From positions 36,326 to 99,925 of the forward strand of contig DAET01000045.1 of assembly GCA_002497765.1 (NCBI GenBank): 63,600 nucleotides of DNA. Reading direction: 5' to 3'. Shown in pieces: positions 57,191 through 63,600 of this stretch. The position numbers and the translations under genes are program-made. Numbering within the stretch: the stretch's first letter is position 1; each line of letters begins with the position of its first letter. A model generated the notes under the pieces. The model was not told the origin of the DNA. It saw only the letters and a program-made list of their open reading frames with translations, and did not search any database. The DNA comes from Euryarchaeota archaeon UBA486 (GTDB lineage Archaea > Thermoplasmatota > Poseidoniia > Poseidoniales > Poseidoniaceae).

Positions 57191-58630
57191 ATGGAAACCA
57201 CCACGCCAGCGTGGACAAGTGAGAATTTTCGTCAGCGGGTAACCCTGCTATCTCACGCTGCGGTCATCATGACCCTCGTTACCGTTTGGCTGATACAACT
57301 GGTCGATGTGTTGCAACCATTGTTCATTGCCTTGGGCATTTATTTTGTTCTCAAACCGGGTGCAGACTACCTTTCTGCCAAAGGATTCCCCATCATGTTG
57401 TCGTACATCACGATGCTCATGTTGGCCATCCTTATCGTGCTTTCAGCCGGTTTCTTCGCCTACCAGCAGGCGGATACACTGCTCAGCGACGAGGAGCGAA
57501 TGGACGAATACACCGAGTTGTTGGACGAGCGATGGAACGACGTCAAAGGCATGCCCCTCATCGGAAAATCCATTCTTGATTCGGGAGCAACGCTCGACGG
57601 TACGTTGGATGAGGACCTCGCCAGCATGGGATTGCTCGAAGGCGACTCGGGGGTATCGGAGGCCATCAGCGGGTTGCTGTCAAGCGTGGGGATGTTCTTC
57701 GTTACCGGTGTGACGGTGCTGTTCTTCTTGCTCTTCATCATCTTCGAAGCCAGTCTGTTGCCCGGACGAATTGAGCGTGCTTATCCAGGAGGTGCAAGCG
57801 AACGTGTCCACATGATCCGGGATCAAATCGAAGCCAGCGTCAACACCTACGTGGTCGTCAAGACCGGTGTTGGTTTTGGAACCGGTGTGTGTGCAGGACT
57901 GGTCATGCTGCTCTTTGGGATTGACCTATGGTTCACGTGGGCCTTGCTCACCTTCTTGCTGAACTACGTTCCCTACATTGGTTCATTGTTGGCCACCATC
58001 CCACCGTTGATTCTTGGGTTCATCCTCCTCGATCCCACCATGTTGCTGATCCTAACCGTCCTTTTGTTGACCAATCAGCAACTGTGGGGCAACGTCATTG
58101 AGACCCGTTGGGCCGGTCGAGCCCTTGACATCTCTCCCGTGTTGTTGTTGGTCGTCACCGCCTTTTCGTTCTGGGTCTGGGGCATCATCGGCATGATTCT
58201 CTCCATTCCGCTCGTCGTCATTCTCAAGATCGTTCTCGAGAACATCGATGCCACCCGTCCGCTGGCCATCTTGCTCTCCGAGCGGGCGCCGACCCTCGAG
58301 GAGGCGTGGCGTGAGGCAATCAAAGACGGTCGTATCACGGCCTATGAGGAGCGCATGTTGAACGAACTTCAAACCGTCCTTGGCTACACGGACGGTCAGG
58401 TGAAACTCATTTCGGCCCGCATTGCGGCGGAGTACGCCTTGCGCAGAGGCCGCTTGAGCGTGGATCAAATCGAGTTGATCCGTGTTGGTATCGACCACAT
58501 GCCGCTCCCGCAGAAATGGAGCGACCAGCTCGAAGAAATCGTTACGGAGGGGAAGCTCTCCGTGAAAGAGCGGTTGTTCCTCGGACGTCTCGTGTTTGCC
58601 TTCGACGACGACAAAACCGAAGAAGAGTGA
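57191..58630 (+). CDS. AI-2E family (PerM/UPF0118) transporter with a ~130-aa C-terminal soluble extension
   Basis: 479 aa. The signature region is LLTFLLNYVPYIGSLLATIPPLILGF. The final ~130 aa are hydrophilic/helical (ITAYEERMLNELQTVLGYTDGQVKLISARIAAEY...KLSVKERLFLGRLVFAFDDD). Confidence 0.8.
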   Translation: METTTPAWTSENFRQRVTLLSHAAVIMTLVTVWLIQLVDVLQPLFIALGIYFVLKPGADYLSAKGFPIMLSYITMLMLAILIVLSAGFFAYQQADTLLSDEERMDEYTELLDERWNDVKGMPLIGKSILDSGATLDGTLDEDLASMGLLEGDSGVSEAISGLLSSVGMFFVTGVTVLFFLLFIIFEASLLPGRIERAYPGGASERVHMIRDQIEASVNTYVVVKTGVGFGTGVCAGLVMLLFGIDLWFTWALLTFLLNYVPYIGSLLATIPPLILGFILLDPTMLLILTVLLLTNQQLWGNVIETRWAGRALDISPVLLLVVTAFSFWVWGIIGMILSIPLVVILKIVLENIDATRPLAILLSERAPTLEEAWREAIKDGRITAYEERMLNELQTVLGYTDGQVKLISARIAAEYALRRGRLSVDQIELIRVGIDHMPLPQKWSDQLEEIVTEGKLSVKERLFLGRLVFAFDDDKTEEE

Positions 58631-58631
58631 A

Positions 58632-58907
58632 TCAAAGCACTTCGGTCAAGATTCGCTCGAGTTCGGTGTTGATGGTCAAAATCAGTGTGCCAAACTCAGG
58701 TGGAATGTTGGGGTCCTCGTAGAGTTCCTCCAGTTTTGACTGGGCCATAGCAATGCGGACATCGAGTTTCTTGCCTTTGTTCAGGAGCCATTGTTCACAG
58801 GCTTCTTTCGCTTGACGGCGAATGTTTCGTGGGACTTTGGGGTCATCGATTTGGTTGATGACCGTGGCAACTTGTTCTAATCGTTCTTCGATGTTCATGT
58901 CGGTCAC
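58632..58907 (-). CDS. UPF0147-family small archaeal protein
   Basis: 91 aa. INQIDDPKVPRNIRRQAKEACEQWL...DVRIAMAQSKLEELYEDPNIPPEFGTLILTINTELERI matches my recollection of the conserved VPRNIRR / DPN-P core of UPF0147 proteins. Confidence 0.55.
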   Translation of the reverse strand: MTDMNIEERLEQVATVINQIDDPKVPRNIRRQAKEACEQWLLNKGKKLDVRIAMAQSKLEELYEDPNIPPEFGTLILTINTELERILTEVL

Positions 58908-58973
58908 CTTGTTTCACGCATCTTTTCGCTGGTCGGCGGCCGTCTTTAAGTTGATGGCCGCCTTGGTTGAACC

Positions 58974-59969
58974 ATGGAGGCGACCAACGAGGCCATCTTG
59001 GGATGGACAAGGGTCGCCGTCCTGTTGCTCGGTATGGGTTGGGCTGCATGGATGGATCACCGAGAGCGGAGGGTGGCCAACGAACACTGGATTGTTTGGG
59101 CCAAACCTGCCATTTTCATTTGGGCCCTCGATTTAATGGTCCAGGGTGCCGACTGGACGATTTACCTCACGGCTGCGGCCGTCGTGGCTTACGCCAGCGT
59201 GTCGGTGTTTGGTCGCCCGACCATCAAGGACGCCCTCAACGGTTCATGGATGGATCGCACGTTCCTGTTTTGGTACGCAGCCGGTGCAGTGGGTGTGGTC
59301 GCTGGCGCCCTTCGCTATCAGGCCACCACCCCGGTGGAGGTGTTGCTTGACAACGGTGATGCCCTCGGGATGCTTTGGTGGCGAACAGCCGCCCTGTTCC
59401 TGGTCATCTTCTTCATCGACATGGCGTGGAGATTGCGGTTGCTGCACGGCGGGGCTGACGCCAAAGCACTGATGTGGGTGAGTTTGGTGTTTCCCACATG
59501 GGCTTCGGTGCCGTTGCCCTTCGGCTCGGTCGGTGAAACCACTGTGGTGGCGCTTCCTGTGAGCATCTCGCTGCTGATTTGGGGCGGTCTCGCTTTCCTG
59601 TTCATCCCGTTCATCATGCTGGTGCTCAACACCAGTCGCGGCGATGTCAAGCGCCTCGGTGATCTCCGCATGGCCTGGCACGCCTCGATGATGGCCGTTG
59701 ATGAGGTGGCCAAGCGACACGTGTGGTTGCTCACCGATACGATGGAAATGCCCACGGGTGAACATCGAGTGGTTCACGCTGCGAGGGCGCCACGAACCAC
59801 CCCCTCCACAGAGGAACTGGAAGAACGTCTGCAGTCACTCAAGGGCCATGGCGTGGACCGTGTCTGGGTCAGCCACAAAATGCCGTTGCTGGTGTTCTTG
59901 TTCCCTGCGGTGCTTCCGCTGGTGTTGATTGGCGACCCGACCACACTGCTGTTGCAGTGGATTGGATGA
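58974..59969 (+). CDS. A24-family aspartic peptidase-like membrane protein (archaeal prepilin/preflagellin peptidase type)
   Basis: 331 aa, polytopic. First catalytic-type Asp context AAWMDHRERRVANEHW (D..R.[VI][PA]N), second LLHGGADAKALMWVSLVFP (G-x-[GA]-D-x-K). It has a FlaK-like extra C-terminal region. No pilin or archaellin genes are visible nearby. Confidence 0.55.
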   Translation: MEATNEAILGWTRVAVLLLGMGWAAWMDHRERRVANEHWIVWAKPAIFIWALDLMVQGADWTIYLTAAAVVAYASVSVFGRPTIKDALNGSWMDRTFLFWYAAGAVGVVAGALRYQATTPVEVLLDNGDALGMLWWRTAALFLVIFFIDMAWRLRLLHGGADAKALMWVSLVFPTWASVPLPFGSVGETTVVALPVSISLLIWGGLAFLFIPFIMLVLNTSRGDVKRLGDLRMAWHASMMAVDEVAKRHVWLLTDTMEMPTGEHRVVHAARAPRTTPSTEELEERLQSLKGHGVDRVWVSHKMPLLVFLFPAVLPLVLIGDPTTLLLQWIG

Positions 59970-59974
59970 AACGA

Positions 59975-60124
59975 TCAGTTGCCCTTGCGCTCGATGTTCT
60001 TCGGACGAAGCCCTTTGTAGCCGCACTTTCGGCAGCGAGTGGCACGAACGGCATTACGAGCATTGCAGCGCATGCAAATCTTGCGGTGAAGCAAGCGGGC
60101 TTCTGCTTCGGGGAATCGTGCCAT
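59975..60124 (-). CDS. rpl40e: Ribosomal protein L40e
   Basis: Below the ORF-track size cutoff. My translation: [49 protein letters not shown] (49 aa). It has the C-x2-C...C-x2-C zinc ribbon and the [20 protein letters not shown] start typical of archaeal L40e. Confidence 0.85.
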   Translation of the reverse strand: MARFPEAEARLLHRKICMRCNARNAVRATRCRKCGYKGLRPKNIERKGN

Positions 60125-60145
60125 GGTCGGGCGACCGAATCCCCC

Positions 60146-60152
60146 TATTTAA
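60146..60152 (-). promoter_or_regulatory. TATA box (TTAAATA on the minus strand) 22-28 nt upstream of the rpl40e ATG (leaderless)
   Basis: Plus strand ccccCTATTTAAccg. The reverse complement reads GGTTAAATAGGGGG, immediately upstream of the ATG at 60124. Confidence 0.4.
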
Positions 60153-60205
60153 CCGCAACCACCCGGTTTGGGTATGTTCAAGACGGGCCGCACGATGGGC
60201 GAACC

Positions 60206-60967
60206 ATGAACGTCGTGAGGTTGCCCGGCATCCATCACGATGGCAACGTGGTGTTGGTCGCGGGCTCGTTGGGCAACTTGCTCATCAACGCAGGGACGTC
60301 GTGGTACCAGGCCCTCCAGGTGGAGCGCATCACAGGCCAACTCGGACAGCGCCCCCTTGACCGCATCTTGCTCACCTCGCGTCGCTTCCCCGTTTCGGGC
60401 GGGGCCTCTCATGTGTCGGCTGCTTTTGGCGATGCCCCGGTCCACATTCACAGCGACGGTCAAGCCGCCCTCGAAACAGGGGATTTTTTCACCACCTGGG
60501 CCAATCGATATGACTCGGACATGCCCCGTACCCTTACCGAACCGTTGTCTGAAGAGGACGTGTTTCCCATGGGCGACGGGGAGGTGGTCCCCCTGCATCT
60601 TCCCGGACACACCAGCGACGGCATGGGGTTCCATATTCCGCATCTCTCCACCCTCGTGGTCGGTGCATTGCTGCCGCGGGCCGACCGGCCCACCCGCTGG
60701 GACATGCCCGGTGGTTCGCTGGTTGATGTGGTGGCGAGCTTGAAGCGCATCAAGCGAATGAACCTCACCTCCATAGTGCCCTTGCAGGGGCCGGCCATCC
60801 GTGGCCTCGGGCATGTTGCCGAAGTCCTTGACCGTCACTTGGCGTTCTTTGAGGAGGCTGTGGCCAACGACGGCCGTCCACCGGCTTCATGGGACCGACC
60901 GGCACCAACAGCGGTGTGGCTCACGCCCCGCTCACCCTGGCCGCTTGAGGAACATGAGTCGGTTTAG
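60206..60967 (+). CDS. Metallo-beta-lactamase-fold protein with a degenerate metal-binding motif 2
   Basis: Track ORF 59957..60967 shortened to MNVVRLPGIHHDGNVVLVAG because the extension overlaps rpl40e. MBL-like order: NLLINAGTS..., RILLTSRRFPVSGGASH where HxHxDH is expected, then HLPGHTSDGMGFHI. Confidence 0.6.
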   Translation: MNVVRLPGIHHDGNVVLVAGSLGNLLINAGTSWYQALQVERITGQLGQRPLDRILLTSRRFPVSGGASHVSAAFGDAPVHIHSDGQAALETGDFFTTWANRYDSDMPRTLTEPLSEEDVFPMGDGEVVPLHLPGHTSDGMGFHIPHLSTLVVGALLPRADRPTRWDMPGGSLVDVVASLKRIKRMNLTSIVPLQGPAIRGLGHVAEVLDRHLAFFEEAVANDGRPPASWDRPAPTAVWLTPRSPWPLEEHESV

Positions 60968-61527
60968 GCGGGGTAGGGCAAGTAGTAGGTGTCGCTGAGG
61001 CGTCGCTGGCGTCGTACTGGGTAGGCCTCCGCCGTGTTCTTGACGTCGTGGGAAGTTCCATCCCAGGCTCGTACATGGTGAATCCACCCACTACGGACGT
61101 GAACGAGTTCGCCTTCAAGATGGAGGCTCGAAACAGGACCGTCGATGGAAAAGACGTGCTCGCATCGTTCCGTGCGGGTGTCGCACAGCGACCATACCGC
61201 ACCGTGTTGGGTTCCAACCAGGAAGTGAAAGGCGCCGTTTTCAACGAGCGTGATGGCACGAATGCCACCAGACTGCAGGGTGAATTTGGCCACCACCTCC
61301 AGTCTCGGGAGCGTGAGCACGAGAACGTCGCCAGCAGCGGTGCCCACGGCAGCAGCATCCACGGGGCCCATGGGGCCGCGAAGGGCCAACAGGACGGTGG
61401 GCAGGTCATCCAGCGTCGTCCGCGTCGGTCGGCCTTCGAGGGGTTTCCAAGCGACGCTCCCGTCGTTCATTGCAATGAGCGTACCGTCATTGGTGGTGAG
61501 GCTGCGGACGATGGTTCGTTGTTGCAT
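60964..61527 (-). CDS. Hypothetical protein (possibly beta-propeller-like)
   Basis: Start taken at MQQRTIVRSLTTNDGTLIAMNDGSVAW. Repeated short beta-strand/turn patterns (DGTLIAM.DGSVAW, AGDVLVLTL, GAFHFLVGTQHGAVWSL, DGPVSSLHLEGELVHV). No family recognised. Confidence 0.35.
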   Translation of the reverse strand: MQQRTIVRSLTTNDGTLIAMNDGSVAWKPLEGRPTRTTLDDLPTVLLALRGPMGPVDAAAVGTAAGDVLVLTLPRLEVVAKFTLQSGGIRAITLVENGAFHFLVGTQHGAVWSLCDTRTERCEHVFSIDGPVSSLHLEGELVHVRSGWIHHVRAWDGTSHDVKNTAEAYPVRRQRRLSDTYYLPYPA

Positions 61528-61661
61528 GACACACAGGAACCGCTGAAGGTACACCTTGGTTTTGCACACCCTTCACAAAAGAAGTGAAAGTGAAAACAAC
61601 GGTCGCTTGGAGTGTAGCTCGGGTTGGAGTTGATGTTCGTGGGCGAAGGGAAACGGCAACA

Positions 61662-61937
61662 TCAGTACATGTCGTCGTTCTTGTTTTCCTTCTTCCACTT
61701 GCGGTAGCAGGACTTGCAGACTCGAACGCGACCCTTGCGCATTTCGTAGCCGCTCGAGCCCCACATGTCGATGGCATCGTCCACCGAGAGGGAACGTCCA
61801 CCGTGCGATTTGTCGGCAAAGTTCTCGCAGCCTTTGACGCCGCAGGGGATCTCCCCTTCCTTCTTGGTGGTCTTGGCTTTGGTGTCTTCTTCGCCGGCGT
61901 CTTTGCGGTGCTTTCTCGCCTTGGCTTTGAATCCCAT
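61662..61937 (-). CDS. Small Lys-rich zinc-ribbon protein (hypothetical nucleic-acid binder)
   Basis: 91 aa. Basic N-terminus MGFKAKARKHRKDAGEEDTKAKTTKKEGE, then C-x4-C (CGVKGC) ... C-x2-C (CKSC) and a basic C-terminus YRKWKKENKNDD. It lies 36 nt downstream of tfb on the same strand. Confidence 0.5.
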   Translation of the reverse strand: MGFKAKARKHRKDAGEEDTKAKTTKKEGEIPCGVKGCENFADKSHGGRSLSVDDAIDMWGSSGYEMRKGRVRVCKSCYRKWKKENKNDDMY

Positions 61938-61973
61938 GTCACGGGGTCGTTGGCCCCGTTCATCAAGGTTCGC

Positions 61974-62984
61974 TCACTGAAGGTTCTGGTACTGACGAAT
62001 CTTGTCAAGCAACCCATCGATGAGGCGTAGCAATCCACGGAGGGTGACCTCCGAGACGTTTGCAACAGCGCAGACCTCGGATTGGGTTCGTGGCGTGCCG
62101 GCTGCCGTGGCTGCCTTGTAGATGAGGGCCGCTGCGACACCCATCGGTTTCTTCCCCTGCCACACGTCGTCGTGTGGCTTGATGGTGTTCCAGAGGTCAT
62201 CGAGCGGCGTACGAATGGACGGTTCAAGGCCCAGGTCGGACATGAACTTGTCAAAGTACTCGTCGGGCGCCGTGATCTTGTGCATGTTCAAGCGGCGTGA
62301 GACTTGGCGGATCAAGCGAGAGAGGTCCTTTTCCGTGATGTCAAAGGCTTCGGCGACCTCGGGAATTTGTCGGGGCAGGCCTTCTTGGCGAGCCACGAGG
62401 TAGGTGCAGGCTGCGGTGACACCGGCGATGGAGCGACCGGTAACGAATCCTTCACCGGATAGGCGACGGTAGAGGCGAGCCGCCTCTTCTTGCAAGGGCG
62501 CTGGCAGTCCAGAGCGGTCCCGAATGAACTGGTTGGCCTTCACGAGGTTGCGCTCGCGGCTCTTGCGGGTCTTGGAGCGCTCGTCGATGACACGGCGCCG
62601 CCGCCAGTCTCGTCGAGCCTGCGAGCTCATGCCGTGGCGTGAGGCGATGCCGGTGTTGAGGTCTCGAACGTCGATGGTGGTGTTGAGGCCCTTGTCGGCG
62701 AGAGTGTAGGTCATGGGGCGACCGACACGGGACCGGTCTTCGCCGTTGTCTCGGTTGGTCCACTCTGCGCCGGGGTCAGGAACGTTCTCTTCAGCTACGA
62801 GGCCGCAGTCGCCGCAGGTGATCTCGCCGCGAGTAATGTCAAAATCCCAGTTGACAGCACCGCACTCCTCGCAGGGACGGGTGTGGCCGTCGAGGGTTCG
62901 TCGACCGCTACGGTCGTTGTTCAATCCAGGGAGGGCTGAACCTGGTGCAGCGGTGGTTTGAGTGGCGCGGGTGTTTTGCTTCAT
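61974..62984 (-). CDS. tfb: Transcription initiation factor IIB (TFB)
   Basis: 336 aa. N-terminal zinc ribbon CEECGAVNWDFDITRGEITCGDCGLV, B-reader/linker, and two cyclin folds (GRSIAGVTAACTYLVARQEGLPR; GKKPMGVAAALIYKAATAAGTPRTQSEV). Confidence 0.95.
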   Translation of the reverse strand: MKQNTRATQTTAAPGSALPGLNNDRSGRRTLDGHTRPCEECGAVNWDFDITRGEITCGDCGLVAEENVPDPGAEWTNRDNGEDRSRVGRPMTYTLADKGLNTTIDVRDLNTGIASRHGMSSQARRDWRRRRVIDERSKTRKSRERNLVKANQFIRDRSGLPAPLQEEAARLYRRLSGEGFVTGRSIAGVTAACTYLVARQEGLPRQIPEVAEAFDITEKDLSRLIRQVSRRLNMHKITAPDEYFDKFMSDLGLEPSIRTPLDDLWNTIKPHDDVWQGKKPMGVAAALIYKAATAAGTPRTQSEVCAVANVSEVTLRGLLRLIDGLLDKIRQYQNLQ

Positions 62985-63019
62985 CTTCTCAACTCCTTGT
63001 TTAGTAGTGGTGGCCGATG

Positions 63020-63030
63020 TTATATAAATT
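63020..63030 (-). promoter_or_regulatory. TATA box (AATTTATATAA on the minus strand) ~36-46 nt upstream of the tfb ATG
   Basis: Plus strand gatgTTATATAAATTcgt, in the most AT-rich intergenic region of the window. A GGAG (reverse complement of aactccttgt) lies between it and the ATG at 62984. The element is near-palindromic and could also act on the + strand. Confidence 0.45.
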
Positions 63031-63238
63031 CGTGGTTTCCTTGCAGATACTTAATCACGCTCAGTGCACCGCTTTCCGAACATCTTCCTCCGGTTTTCAC
63101 ATGGAAGGTTTACCTGTGAGAATATAAATGGTCGTTCACCTTCACGCCGACTTTTTTCTCACCAGCGTGGCTGAGGTTGACGCGTGGACATCACAGGGTT
63201 CAAAGGCGGCCCGCGGTGCCGTGACAGTGGAGAACATC

Positions 63239-63600
63239 ATGCCAGCCACCGTGATTTTGGGGGCCCAGTGGGGCGATGAAGGCAAGGGAAAACTGGTCGA
63301 CCGCTTGGCTGAACAAGCCACGTGGGTGGCCCGTTTTCAGGGTGGAAACAACGCCGGACACACCGTCGTGCTCGGTGAACAGGTGCTGAAGTTTCACCTG
63401 CTCCCCTCCGGCATCACCCGCAAGGAATGCCACCTCGTGCTCGGCGATGGGATGGTCATCGACCCGTGGGTGCTCCACAAAGAACTGACCGACTGGCAGG
63501 CCACGGCTGGTGAAGACCCACGCGGCGACCGCCTCTACGTCAGCGAGCGAGCCCACATCATTCTCCCTTACCACCGCTACATGGACAGCCTTGACACCAA
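63239..63600 (+). CDS. purA: Adenylosuccinate synthetase, N-terminal 120 codons (runs off the window end)
   Basis: Not in the ORF track because there is no stop in the window. My translation: MPATVILGAQWGDEGKGKLVDRLAEQATWVARFQGGNNAGHTVVLGEQVLKFHLLPSG... It has the GAQWGDEGKGK P-loop and GGNNAGHT. The minus ORF 63200..63574 is its antisense artefact. Confidence 0.85.
   Translation, partial: MPATVILGAQWGDEGKGKLVDRLAEQATWVARFQGGNNAGHTVVLGEQVLKFHLLPSGITRKECHLVLGDGMVIDPWVLHKELTDWQATAGEDPRGDRLYVSERAHIILPYHRYMDSLDT

Noticed and set aside
63128-63238. In-frame upstream ATG (63128) that would add 37 aa to PurA, and a TATA-like AATATAAAT at 63121-63129
   Set aside because: The extension (MVVHLHADFFLTSVAEV...) precedes the universally N-terminal GAQWGDEGKGK P-loop and overlaps the TATA-like element itself, so ATG 63239 is preferred. 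The function of the 63121 element, ~110 nt upstream, is unresolved.

Overview
GC-rich, very gene-dense archaeal chromosomal segment. Archaeal origin is supported by TFB, the RFC small subunit, membrane-bound LonB, GatD, an archaeal/eukaryal-type AspRS, ribosomal protein L40e, TrmI and a tRNA with a bulge-helix-bulge intron. The gene content resembles planktonic Marine Group II / Poseidoniales euryarchaea, but that is inference only. I call about 50 protein genes and 1 tRNA. I see no rRNA, no CRISPR array and no recognisable transposase, integrase or phage genes. The most striking feature is six type-I anchored surface proteins (signal peptide plus one C-terminal TM), all on the + strand, covering about 39% of the window (4260-6995, 15699-24854, 24867-27461, 40524-43436, 45082-49101, 50096-53590). 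The largest (3,051 aa) contains seven diverged ~325-aa super-repeats followed by an Ig-like array. Three of the six carry esterase/lipase-type heads, one of which lacks the nucleophile serine. One has a PDI-type CGHC motif. Several share a modular cytoplasmic tail: a polyacidic tract, a Pro-rich spacer, then either a Trp/Tyr-rich WW-like C-terminal module or a zinc ribbon. This tail system is my best candidate for something undescribed. The second candidate is a minus-strand catabolic neighbourhood (27970-40438). It holds an AmnB/AmnA-like two-subunit LigB-type extradiol dioxygenase whose alpha-like subunit is fused to a RidA-type deaminase domain, plus a translationally coupled LLM-monooxygenase / asparaginase-II-like / aldehyde-dehydrogenase trio, a permease and an arylformamidase-like hydrolase. 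Other items are a flotillin-NfeD operon, a CAU-anticodon tRNA with a 55-nt canonical intron and encoded CCA, a 49-aa L40e gene missing from the ORF track, and TATA boxes 22-33 nt upstream of start codons that imply leaderless mRNAs. All functional calls come from motif recognition by eye, with no database search, and several start codons were re-picked from the ORF track.
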